From Tubiluchus corallicola (Eukaryota > Animalia > Priapulida), in assembly GCA_030141605.1 (NCBI GenBank), contig JAQGDQ010000005.1:1978184-2042183 (forward strand): a stretch of DNA of 64,000 nt. Reading direction: 5' to 3'. Of the stretch, positions 13,767 to 25,361 are shown piece after piece; position 1 is the stretch's first letter, and each line of letters starts with the position of its first letter. The translations under genes and the position numbers were made by a program. The notes under the pieces are model-generated. The model searched no databases. It was not told the DNA's origin and was given only the letters and a program-made list of their open reading frames with translations.

Positions 13767-13955
13767 AACATTGAAAATGCTGATCGAATTTGATTGGTCA
13801 TTATAATACGGGATGACCTTTGGACTGCCTTGATCACTGTGGAATATGGTGGCTATAGTGGCCTAAGGCATCTGTCTTGTAAGCAGAAGGCCCCTGTTTC
13901 AAATCCAGGTTGTATTTCGACTCTTTGCTGTCTTGCAAATTTGGTATCAAAATTT
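13767..13955 (+). repeat. Dispersed repeat with internal tRNA-Thr(TGT)-derived segment (about 13848-13917), copy 1
   Basis: An anticodon arm tctgt-cttgtaa-gcaga and a degenerate B-box tgtttcaaatcc are present, with poor acceptor and D arms. The flanks are shared with 50440-50631 (-). Confidence 0.65.
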
Positions 13956-14998
13956 AATTAAATGTGGATTTGTATCACCAGTAATGATAATACTGATATT
14001 AAGATTATAATAATTAATAACCTGGTTCAATGTGCAAAATCATATTTTTGAGTGCTTGACCTCAGATAATCTGTGACATGTTGTAATACACCTAGCAGTC
14101 AATTTCGTCCAGTAGTTAACAAAAATGTCAGCTAATTCACAGTTATATACATTCATATTGCGCAAACTAAATTCTACCTTCTGCATATCTGCATTTATGA
14201 CCTTTTGGTTACCCTTGACCCCCAAGATGACCTGAGGCAAAGAATATTTTATAAAATTAACACATTAACCTAGATCCTACATTACAATGATACAAACTCT
14301 ATACAAAATTTATTCCAACCTAGTTCATGCAAAACCCTTAAAAATCAATCATAAATATAATTCTGAACTGATTTGCCTATCAATTAAAATTCCGTGTTTC
14401 TAACCGTTCATATTTTCTTTACTCATAATATCATTCATAATTTCGGTAAATAGCGATACCAATGCTTCAATAATACATCAGACAGAACGTTGTGGCATCA
14501 ATTCGCAAGAAAGAGAAATTATACAGATGGCTTTTTAATTACTAATAGATTCAAAGTCACTTCAAACCAGGTTGATCACACCAAACCCCACAACAACATG
14601 TAATTAACAGAACGTGCAAACAGTCATTTTATACAGTAGTGCCTAAAGGCTTGTTTATAAAAGACTGCAGTTGTTTACGGAGTTACGCAGTTAATTTTCC
14701 AGCCTCTACGCCTAAACTTTTTCTCGCAAAAGTTATTTGGAAAATGTCGACGAGCTTAAAAGAAGATATTTACCAAAGCCTGACCTAAACACAATTCGTG
14801 TGAAATCTACCCACTTAACAATCGCCCTACAGCTTTCGCAGAAAGTGATTTTTCCAAGTCATTAAGCACGACCTACCCTGCGGTCGTTTGGCTTGTTTGT
14901 TGTCTTTCATAAACGTTTTTCACTGTTAAGACGATTGCTAGCAAATCGTAATTTTTTCAATTCTCGACAGTGCAGATAACTATGTGTTGAACATTAAA

Positions 14999-17869
14999 AT
15001 GAAAAGCCAATTTGCTTGTATAAAAATGATTATCGCCTGCGGATTCATTCTTCTGATGTGTAAGTTATCAGTGCAGGTAGATGTCACAGAATTAATTAGA
15101 AGTGACCCAGAATTGTGCAAACAATTAGAAGTTCTTTTGGGAATCGACTGTAGTATTTTTAAAATAGAAATTGATCCAGCAGATGCAGGATGTTTATCTT
15201 CCCCCTGTTTGAATGGAGGAACGTGCATTAATCTGTCTACTGGGACGTACTCGTGTTCCTGTTCTGATGGATATACAGGTAATACGTGCGACAGGAAAGA
15301 TGCCTGTGCACCAAATCCATGCAAAAACGGCGCAACATGTTCTCAGATTGGTGATACAGCAGCTTATACGTGTTCTTGTGTACCTGGATTTACTGGAACA
15401 CTGTGTGCAATAAATGATGTATGTTCAAGTTCTCCTTGTCTCAATGGGGGTACGTGCAGAGAAACAGCACCTGGGCGGTACAGATGCTTGTGCTCAGGAG
15501 TCTATTCAGGTCGTCGATGTCAGGAAATTTCAGCATGTGCTTCGACCCCTTGTAAAAATGGAGGAGAATGTTTTTCTAGTGGGCGGTTTTTCACATGCAG
15601 TTGTGTAGGCGGTTACACAGGTAGTACATGTGAAATAAGTCCTGTTGATCCATGTGGTGGGAATCCATGTTTAAATGGAGGTACATGTCTTCCGTTAGGA
15701 AGAAGCTTCTTCTGTAATTGTCCATCTCCTTATTCAGGAATTAACTGTGAAATTAATGTTCTGCAAAACTTGTGCCAATTTACTCCATGTTTGAATGGTG
15801 GAACTTGCCGAGAAGCTCCTGGTTCAACTTTAGGTTTTGCTTGTGACTGCTCTTTAACATATTCTGGCGCTATCTGTCAAACCAGACAACAGAACCCTTG
15901 CCAGTCTGCACCGTGTCAGAATGGAGGATCCTGCAGAAATTCTGGATCAACTTTCACGTGTGAATGTCTGCCGAATTACATGGGGGATCTTTGTGAGGTG
16001 CAGCATCAACCGCCAGATTTTTGTGCTTCATCGCCTTGTCAAAATGGAGGTTCCTGTAGCAATTTCAGAAATGGCTTCACCTGTAAATGTCCCACTTCAT
16101 ACACTGGCAACCTTTGTGAAAATCGCAAGCAACCAGCAAACTTCTGTGCTACCTCTCCTTGCCGCAACGGTGGTTCGTGTCAAAATCTTAGGGATACTTT
16201 TAAATGCTCTTGTCCCGAGACACATACAGGAACACAATGCGAAACAAGGTTACATCGTGCAGATGTCTGTGATTCCTCACCATGCTTAAATGGTGGAATA
16301 TGTAATTCCCAAGACAACCAGTTTTTATGTGAATGTATAGGTAAGTTTACTGGACCAACATGTGAAACAGAAATACAGCCTGCCGCAGGAGCTGTTTGTG
16401 CATCTAGCAACAATCCATGTCTGAATCAGGGCTCATGTCTGTCGCTTTCTGAGTCTAGGTATATCTGTCTTTGCAGACCTGGATTTACGGGAGAAAATTG
16501 TGAATCAGATTTTTGTTCTAATGAACCTTGTAGGAATGGAGGGATATGCAGAAACCTTGTTCGTGGTTATGAATGTCAGTGTACATTTTCCTTTACCGGT
16601 CGTAATTGTGAGAGCAGGATAAGTCCTTGTTCGAGTGCTCCATGCCAGAATGGAGGCTTATGTGAAGACTTTGACTCATCATACAAATGCTTGTGTCCAC
16701 GAGGTTACACTGGAGGTAATTGTGAAAGCAAAGAGCTTAATCCTTGCATACCAAGTCCTTGCAAAAACAGTGGAATATGCCAGACTGTACAAGCAGGGAA
16801 ATTTGATTGCTTTTGTGTGGGTTCTTTCAAAGGAGATACATGTGAAGATTCAGCAACAGCAAATGAAGCTGCTTGCGGAGAACCGCCACGCATAGCAAGG
16901 AAGGCCTCAAGTACTGCCATTGTTTTTGGTCTTGGTGTAAATTCCAACAGCTTACCAGATGGCTGGTATCCAGCTGGTACAAAAGCACAGTATAGCTGCG
17001 AATTTGGATACATAATCCAAGGAAGTTCTGAGGCCACTTGTGGTTCAGGTGGAAAGTGGAGCAATGAAAATCAAATCCCAGCTTGTGTTCCAGAATGTGG
17101 CATTCGAGATGCTTCAATTTTGAAAACAATTATTGGGGGCAATGAAACTGTTCCTTGTGCATGGCCATGGCAAGTAGCACTTTACAACAGAGGTGCATTT
17201 CGATGTGGTGGTTCCTTAATTTCAGAAAACTGGGTATTGACAGCAGCGCACTGTGTGATAATCCGTTCCACAGCTCGTATTCTACGAGCATCAGATCTTG
17301 AAGTTGGCATTGGAAAACACAAGAGTGCAAGAGGTGCACACGAAGCCAGTGCTCAATTTTTCAATGTTGAAAGAGTTGTTCCCTTTCATGCTTTTAACAC
17401 ACGATCATTATATAATGATTTAGCCTTAATAAAACTTAATGGCTTTGTAGAGATTGGAAAATGTGCAAGGCCAGTTTGCCTGCCTTCAGGCAGGAGTACA
17501 CCTCCAAGCCCAGGTGAGCAGTTAACAGTCACGGGATGGGGTGTCACTGCCAATGGAAAACAACCACCTTCTCCAGAACTATTGGAAGCAAATTTACCAA
17601 TAGTGGAACACTCAGAATGTCAGAGAGTATTTGAAGATTATGAAATTATGGACAATACACAAATATGCGCAGGGTTTTTTGACACACATGCTGACGCCTG
17701 TAAAGGGGATAGTGGCGGTCCACTCGTAAAGCTAGAACAAGGACAATACGTCCAATATGGGATTGTCAGTGGAGGTGGAGGTGGACAACGAGGATGTGCA
17801 AATGGACGTTACAGTTTCTATACTAGAGTTCAGGCATTTCTTAGTAATATTTTAAATACAGTTGTTTAA
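14999..17869 (+). CDS. Secreted modular serine protease: signal peptide, 14 EGF-like repeats, 1 CCP/sushi, S1 trypsin-like domain; coding region intronless, 956 aa
   Basis: One uninterrupted ORF with its first ATG at 14999 (the track start at 14984 is GTG). It has 14 CxxxPCxNGGxC...CxCxxxxxGxxC units, a CCP (CGEPP...YSCEFGY...CGSGGKWS...PAC), the linker CVPECG and IIGG. The intact triad motifs are TAAHC, NDLALI and DACKGDSGGP. A probable 5'UTR acceptor ttctcgacag lies at 14969-14970. Confidence 0.95.
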   Translation: MKSQFACIKMIIACGFILLMCKLSVQVDVTELIRSDPELCKQLEVLLGIDCSIFKIEIDPADAGCLSSPCLNGGTCINLSTGTYSCSCSDGYTGNTCDRKDACAPNPCKNGATCSQIGDTAAYTCSCVPGFTGTLCAINDVCSSSPCLNGGTCRETAPGRYRCLCSGVYSGRRCQEISACASTPCKNGGECFSSGRFFTCSCVGGYTGSTCEISPVDPCGGNPCLNGGTCLPLGRSFFCNCPSPYSGINCEINVLQNLCQFTPCLNGGTCREAPGSTLGFACDCSLTYSGAICQTRQQNPCQSAPCQNGGSCRNSGSTFTCECLPNYMGDLCEVQHQPPDFCASSPCQNGGSCSNFRNGFTCKCPTSYTGNLCENRKQPANFCATSPCRNGGSCQNLRDTFKCSCPETHTGTQCETRLHRADVCDSSPCLNGGICNSQDNQFLCECIGKFTGPTCETEIQPAAGAVCASSNNPCLNQGSCLSLSESRYICLCRPGFTGENCESDFCSNEPCRNGGICRNLVRGYECQCTFSFTGRNCESRISPCSSAPCQNGGLCEDFDSSYKCLCPRGYTGGNCESKELNPCIPSPCKNSGICQTVQAGKFDCFCVGSFKGDTCEDSATANEAACGEPPRIARKASSTAIVFGLGVNSNSLPDGWYPAGTKAQYSCEFGYIIQGSSEATCGSGGKWSNENQIPACVPECGIRDASILKTIIGGNETVPCAWPWQVALYNRGAFRCGGSLISENWVLTAAHCVIIRSTARILRASDLEVGIGKHKSARGAHEASAQFFNVERVVPFHAFNTRSLYNDLALIKLNGFVEIGKCARPVCLPSGRSTPPSPGEQLTVTGWGVTANGKQPPSPELLEANLPIVEHSECQRVFEDYEIMDNTQICAGFFDTHADACKGDSGGPLVKLEQGQYVQYGIVSGGGGGQRGCANGRYSFYTRVQAFLSNILNTVV

Positions 17870-19424
17870 GTTATGCGTTTGTGCTCTTTCAGTCATAAAT
17901 TAATAATAATTACATTGCATTGTTATTATAAAAATGTGATGATAGGGCTGCACAAAGGTCTTGCATAACCAAGCACAACAGTTTTTTATGGTTCAGAATG
18001 TTACAAAACCGAAAACATACACCGAGCGCAACATCAAGATTGTTACCGACAAAACCTTAAGACACAGATGATTCTAAAGGTATTAATAAGACCGAGTCTA
18101 CCTCTTTAGGTTATTTAACTTTTGTATAGCTATCATTAAACTGTGACTACGACTATGACTTTTATATGAAGTGATATTAATGTTAAATTATCCCAAAGCT
18201 GTATCACGGTGATTAAATTAATTGCAACAAACTAAGTTAAGAATTTTCCAGTTAAGAATATTTTCATTATTGTCCTTCACAAAAATAGCAACTGAGCTTT
18301 GAACTGTCCTATAAAATTTTTAGATGTACAGGTATTCACTTTTTAAATGGTGAGCCAGTGAAGCATGTATTAGTAAAAAAAAACAATTAGTAAAATACTG
18401 ATGTACAGTATTAAAATTTTGTCAGCCAGGGACATATTTAACTTTCTAAATTCATACCTAATTTACAATGTTACAAGTTGCCGTTCCAACACAAACAAAT
18501 ATAACTTCTAAACTGGGTGTTTTTTCTGTAAATTTAGTGGATATTTTTCCCTCATTCTTTCTCTAATTCCACTGAGATTACTTGATTGGATGATTTTAGC
18601 TAGGTACATGTAGTAAAAAGAATAAATGACAATGCTTGCCTAGTACTAAGTTAATTTGGTACAGCTTAAAAAAATATATATGCCCATAAAATCAGTTATG
18701 CACAGCTGTTTTGCATGACCTACAGACATTATTTTGCGGCTTATATAAAAGAAAAATTTCCATCCATTAGAATAGATTCAGCTCAAGCTGTAAGTGATAT
18801 GTCAATATTGATTTATGCTTACTTCTACTACTGTTAGTAATAATGTACTGACATACTTTTTAATAAGTGTGTTGCTTAGATATATGTGTAAATGCTGACA
18901 GTACAACAATAACATGTATATAGTAAAGAAATAAATACAAAAAGTAAACAAATATTTATAGAAACGCTTATATCATTTTGACAGTATTATTTTTTGTACA
19001 AGATTATTTGGACAAGCGTTATTATGGACTCTTTAAATGAGATGCAATACTTGTACGATTCTCTGTGATTGAATTAATTCTTAAACGAATTACCAGTAAG
19101 ATTATTAAAAATACTAGAACAAGCCAGCCCTCTCCTGCTTTATGCAGTACATTTTATAAAATGATACATGTACTTTAAGATCAAATAAGCTAGGTACTAA
19201 TCCTGTTGGTGATTAGCCTAATGACCACACAACCTATTTAAACATCCATCTTAAATCTACAAGTCACTGGTCAGGCAAGCAATAATTTCGAGAAAATTTA
19301 TTTTTGTGAAGTGTAATTACAAAATTTCTGTTTGTGCACAATAAGAGCACATGTACAAATACGAGCAAGAAATATACGCTGGTATTCTGGTATTTTTACT
19401 GCTGTACATGTGGCTAATTAGATT

Positions 19425-22400
19425 TCAAGACACCTTTTCTCTGTGAGTCACTATGGCTAAGATTCTGAAAAAGAAAAAGAAGGCAGTTCTGAATGTTTTC
19501 AATTTACATGTTCATGCAGTTGCTAATAAGTCAACAACAATATTAACCTGCAAGTCTGTAAAGACCATCGAGTAAAATATGAAGAGAAAAAACTAAAATT
19601 GGTTGGAACATCATAGGGACACTATCTGTTTATGATATCATTTCAAAATTGATATAGAACAATAACTTAAAATCATTATATGTAAGTATTTCTGTAATTA
19701 GCAGCTTACCCAAAATCGGATATAAAAAAGAAACTTCTTATCTTACTGTAATTTTATTCTTTTGCATTGTTTGTAAAATGCACAAAATATGTTATACGGT
19801 CCTGATGCTAAAATGTCTTTTTAAATGGAAAAACAAAAAAATCAGAGTAAAATGCAATCTGCAACATTACTGTTATCAACAGCTGCCTGGCCGGTGTGGC
19901 AAGCCAAAAGCTTTGCTGTTCAGTAAACATTTTAATTTCAGGCTTAAAAACTTATAGAATAATGAACATAGCAATTATAGTATGCTAATTATATTTTGAC
20001 CTACATGTCAACAGTCTTTTGCGATGAATATGAATAATGCTTTCAGCCTTAATCATTACTAATGACTTCAGCATATTTGTTACATAAAAACTAAAATGGT
20101 GCTAACTTCTTCAACTTATTTACTGCCACGTGAGGGCTTGCATAAACATAATGACAGTACAGTGAAATACAAATTGTCAAGCAATGCACAGAACGACAAA
20201 ATACCTGTTATGAGGTAACAAAGCACAGAGTTTTGAGATGTCATCAAACGAACCAGAGTACAATGCCGTAGCTCTGCTGACTTGAAGCACCTGTCCAAAA
20301 CGATCTAATGATGCTTCAATGTCGTACAGCTTAGGAGATGCCACACACCTTTCCAGTTTCAACAGTATGTTTGTAAAACAGTCAAAATTTATTGTATTCT
20401 TCATTCCTATTTCTTGTCCGAAGAGCAAGCAGTTCAGAATTCCTAAATGCAGCTTTGAAAATACTGACTGTCTTTTTAAACACTTTTCATCTGAATCACA
20501 GTCTGCATGCTGATAAATGCTTGGTGCCATCACACACCAGTTAATCAAACCCGGAAGTGGCGAAGGTTGCTTAGAACCTGAAATAGTCGACATCAGAGCC
20601 AGCTTCGGCTTTGCGTAGACCCAATTTGTAATCATCTCAACTATTTGATCTGGAGGTAGGCTAGATGGTTGTTCTACTAAAAAGAAAACATCATTTTACA
20701 GTCGCACTAACTATAGTACAGCTGAAAATAAAAGAAGTTGAAAATAAAGAAATAAATAAAAAAGCACAAAGATAAATCTACATAGTATTTATAAAAAATG
20801 TTCAACAGCTTGTTGTTTGATACATTTTGCCCACGGGGTAAACTGTCTCTCATAATTCACCTAACAGATAATTTGTGATATCTGCACAAAAGTGTTGCAT
20901 TTATATAAATAAAAAATAGTGAAAGATATACTTTCTTAAATTAATTAGAGGTGATGTTGTAAGACCTGAAAGTCCAAATGCAGGTATGATTAGAATAGAT
21001 GTAACTCTTATATTCTGACTGACAACTACCGTATTTTCCCATGTATAAGAGACCCTTGTGTATAAGAGACCCCTTCAATTTTTAGGCAAAAATTCTGGAA
21101 AAAAGTTTTTTGGTAATGAATAACTTTATTCATCATAGAAATCATTAAATTCCTCATCACTCTCATCAAAAATATCAACTGGAGTCACACCTTCAGCAAT
21201 TCCAGCCAGTTCATCATCAGAGGAGTCACTCTGCTCAAAAATGGCATTGTCCTCTGTGCCGTCCATGCCATTGGAGATGCCACACTTCTTGAAAGATTTA
21301 ATAATGACCTCTGGCTTTACACCATTCCATTCTGGACTTACTCCCATGTATAAGAGACCCCCTATTTTTAAAGTGAAAATTCTGGGCAAAAAAGGGTCTC
21401 TTATACACGGGAAAATACGGTAATTGAAGGACAGACAATAATTGATACTACATATCTTTTTCAAATTTAGTCTGGAAACAACATATGTGCAGGGTGGCGT
21501 GTAATGACATGGAAACCAAAATAATGAGTAACAGTGCGGAGCAATTTATTACATCAAAGTATTGCTGAAACAATAGCGAATCCATCGTGCTCTTAAAATT
21601 TTGTGTTGTGATATTCCCAGGTGTCTCACCCAGCCTGCAATCTTGAGGAATATTTCACGTCTCACGCGCTTGTCTGTTGACTAATAGTCAATGGCCTTTT
21701 CGTACATCATCTATGCATCCATTTTGTCTTTTAGGATAGTTCTAATGTGTTCGATGAGGTTGAAGTCCAGTGAATTTATTTTCATACCATTCAGCCTGAT
21801 CAAAAAAATTAATCCCAGAGTTTTCAGCTCGCTGCCCTAGAAACACCCCTCAAGACGTTGTAGGAGTCACTCAAGGCTTCCAAGCTACATATTTGAAGGC
21901 GTGATGAATTCGCTATTGTTTCAGCAGTACTTTCTTGCAATAAATTATCTTACACTATCAATTATTGTTTTTATACCCCCAGCAAAATGTTATATACCAC
22001 CCTCTTGAACTTGCTGACCACAGACTTGGCTCTAGTTTAAATTAAAGTACTTCAAGTCTGTGCTACAGCATGTAAAAAGTGTAGTAGGTTTTGTCACTGT
22101 TGCAATTACATTACAATGCATTACAATGAAAGCACAGAGTGAACAGGTTTTGACAATGACTTAATTTTTTTAAATCCAATTACAATAAGCCTTTTCACAG
22201 TTTTATTGTGCGCATGCATAGTTGCTGTAGGTCAAAAGTTAAGTGTACCACAGCAACGCATCTTAACTATAACCATTACATGACATGTGGCTAAAGCTTC
22301 TGTCTGCCTGTCTGTAATAGTTTAGTAACATCAGTTGTTTTGCATGGACTTCGCTTAATTATACATTAGCCTGTGCATAGAGTGATTTACTAGCAGAATC

Positions 22401-25361
22401 TTGCCTGGAAACAAGAAAAAACAGTTGTTAAAACTGTTACTATTACAATAGCATGGACTGCGAGGCGTTGTCAAGGGTACACAACTGCATTGTCTGGAAT
22501 ACTTAACCTCTGACCTTTACACGATCATCAGCACTCGCAGAAACTGTAAAAAGGCTTATTAATGGATCACTCCTTACCAACATACTTACCTGTCATTTGG
22601 TACATATTTGTAACTGCAGTAATAAAAATGCAAGCAAACAGTGGACACAGGTCTGCGACGCTTTCCAAACTAGCCATCGTGCTTGGTACCATTGTGCAAT
22701 AATCTTCAATAAGTGTGGATACGACTTGTACAAAATGAGGTGACACAGTTCCAACAGACTAGAAAGTACAAAGAACAGCATGCAAAAGCTTTTGGTCAAG
22801 CCAGCATTTTGCTCTGACCACCATTTGCTCCAAACAAGCTGTATAGCACTAAACATGAAGAATTTTAATGATGTTACTAGAGAACAGAAATTATTCCTGC
22901 ATCACACATACGTTCTAAAAGACGTAAATGTTAGGACAACGGTTATTGCTAGGAAATTTAAAAATGGTAATAAAGCAAGGGACATTATTAATATTCCAAG
23001 TAACAAACATTCTTTAAAAATTTGCAACACTATTAACATTTATTTGTCACATATTATACCAGTTTTCAATACAAATTTAATTCCCAAAATAATTTACAAT
23101 TAGTATTAAGTTTATAAGATTACAGGTTAAACTACAAAATTAATATAATCTTAGGGCAAGGAGAATAGCTGAATCACCACAGTGCATGCCCAGTAACTGA
23201 AAGAAGCAACACTGAACCTGGTCTAAAAATGGATGACAAACTGCCAAGAAATCTGATTTTAGTTTCTGGATAAACTTTCCAGTTCATGTACTGCCACTAA
23301 TAGCAAGTCATAGCAGTACTGATTATTTGTTTTTGCTTGATTTATACTATTGAAAATGATATAATGCTATGGAAATGATCATCTGCTCTAATAAAGAACA
23401 TGTTAAAGTCATATAAATTACTTGAATTGTTTTTTCACTTCAAAAACATCTAAATTTAGCTTGAAATTCTTTTGAACCTTATTTGTAAACAAAAGTTGAT
23501 TAAATCACTTATATAGCGATTCGAGGTCTATTAAAGGAATGTTTGTTTTAAAATAAGTTTTAGAACACAAAAACTGAAATAAAGCACTCTCAGATGCCTC
23601 CAATATGTCCTCAAATTTAGTAAAATGTGTGGGCAGTCAAAGCTGAAAGCAACCATAATTCAACAAACGAGAAAATAATTACCTCTGCCCATTGAGCAAC
23701 ACAGTTAAGAACACTGACGCAGTTTACACCAAGAGCCATTGAAACAAGTTTTGTTAAAACTCTAACTTTGTATGTCTGTTCACCTAAAAACAAATGAATT
23801 TATTGAAATTTAAATTGTGACAAGCCAAGCTTTTTAGTTTCACTCTGCCTTTATTTATTGAGAGCTTCCCGGTGACATTAGAACAGTGGTAGCCTCCCAC
23901 TATCTCTCTCTCTCTATTTCTCTCCACCTATTGTGCAAAATATCCGAGTAAAGTGCGAAAATGTTACAGTAGATATTATATTTCATACTTTTCTATGAAT
24001 TATATGATGATACACCTAAGGACTTTACTAAACATGATATATATAAGCAAGCAAGCAAGAAAGAATATTTAAATAGTTCAAACATCATTTTTAAAACAAA
24101 AAGTAAATAAAAAGAAATTCCCTGCTTTTTATTTTTATTTTTACAGAGATGCTGGGGCAGCTCTACAGTAAGCTTCAACAGTATTGCATCTTTTGTTATG
24201 GTAAGATACTGTCCTGTTTATATGGATGAATTTTCAATATTACATGTGATATCTCAAGTCAGAATTATTCTAAAATTGTCAGAACTTAAAAAACAAAGGC
24301 AATCACACTTCTACAAGTAATCAATCACATATTATTTATTCTAGCTACCTGAAAATATCATGTTAAAAATATCTTGATGCAATGGATTTTTGGAGCTCTG
24401 GTCAAAATAAGTACAAAGAATCTCCAACAGCTGCAGTTCTTGTATTGCTGTCAACTTCTGCAAAATTACAAAAGCAAGTAATTTATCACAATGCACAAAA
24501 CAATATGCTTTTTTATGCACTATGTTTTCTTTTTTTAATATACTTGCAAACTTTTCTAGTGTTCTTCAAACATCAATGAAAAATACAAATGATGTGTGTG
24601 TATGCCATATCTAAACAAATATGTAATATCATTATCGTAAGCACTCAAAATACGGCACTGCATCTGTTTTTACTTGTGAAACCAGTTTACCTGTAGTTGG
24701 GCAGAGTCCAGTCACAGTCAGACTGGCCTTGAAACACAGGCTTTTTGTTTCAAAAGACAAGGATTATTTTTTATGACATAATTTTGTTGTAGAAAATTTG
24801 TGATGACGAAGAAAGGCAATTTTTAAAGTTTATCTTCAGAATTCTGATTGTTCTGTTTAAAGTCTAACAGTGGACAAATTTTGTCCATGTATCATTTTCA
24901 TTTTTTTATAGTTTGCAAAATTTTGTTCATGATTTAATTTCATGCATGAGTCAAATATTTAAGTCAAATGTGAAGTCAATATTGGACGTTGAATTTTCAT
25001 TTTGTATTCACTATGCACAGTTTAACATGTGAGACCCATGCCGGACATTTATTGAGTTTCTGTGCTGCTAGCAGATAGGTTCAGCTATTCAAAGTAAACA
25101 CACCAACATTACTAATGGTAACTAGAAATGTCAGCAAAATTTTTTATGTATCTTTAAGAAAATTTAGTGAGCCCAGAGCCTTACCCATTTTTCCATTCCT
25201 TCATAGAATACAAATTCCATAACAAGTTCTTGAATAATTTTTTCTGTGTCATCACTTGGATTATCATTTTTGCAGTTAAAATACTGTGTGATATGGTAAA
25301 GTGCTTGATTAGTTGCATGTGGAAACTGTAAACGAAGTAACCTTTGCCGAAGATCACCCAT
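19425..25361 (-). CDS. INTS15: Integrator complex subunit 15 (C7orf26 homolog); coding exons 25361-25185, 24457-24349, 23783-23683, 22758-22590, 20676-20205, 19464-19425
   Basis: The spliced product contains MGDLRQRLLR..ALYHITQYF, LTAIQELQLLEILCTYF, LTKLVSMALGV..VLNCVAQW, LIEDYCTMVP..FITAVTNMY, PP..VEMITNW..PLPGLINWCVMAP..SKLHLGIL and SLDRFGQVLQV..LCALLPHNRILAIV. These blocks are collinear with remembered human C7orf26 motifs, and all junctions are GT-AG and in phase. Confidence 0.9.
21029..21420 (-). mobile_element. Non-autonomous pogo/Tigger-like DNA transposon (MITE) in INTS15 intron 4
   Basis: TIRs CCGTATTTTCCC(A/G)TGTATAAGAGACCC are flanked by TA on both sides (21027-28, 21421-22). The interior retains the pogo transposase C-terminus IIKSFKKCGISNGMDGTEDNAIF. 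Confidence 0.88.
21490..21800 (-). mobile_element. Tc1-like transposase remnant
   Basis: The minus strand reads NSLDFNLIEHIRTILKDKM, a degenerate SPDLNPIE motif, and there is a CAGGGTG-type terminus near 21490. Confidence 0.5.

Noticed and set aside
13848-13917. Functional tRNA-Thr gene
   Set aside because: The acceptor stem and D-arm do not pair well and the B-box is degenerate, so it is treated as repeat-derived.
14980-17339. Antisense and alternative-frame ORFs within the protease gene
   Set aside because: They are shadow ORFs of a real coding sequence with no independent motifs.
22593-22856. 87-aa track ORF
   Set aside because: It is the wrong frame; the INTS15 exon 22758-22590 reads in another frame (SVGTVSPHF...LIEDYC).
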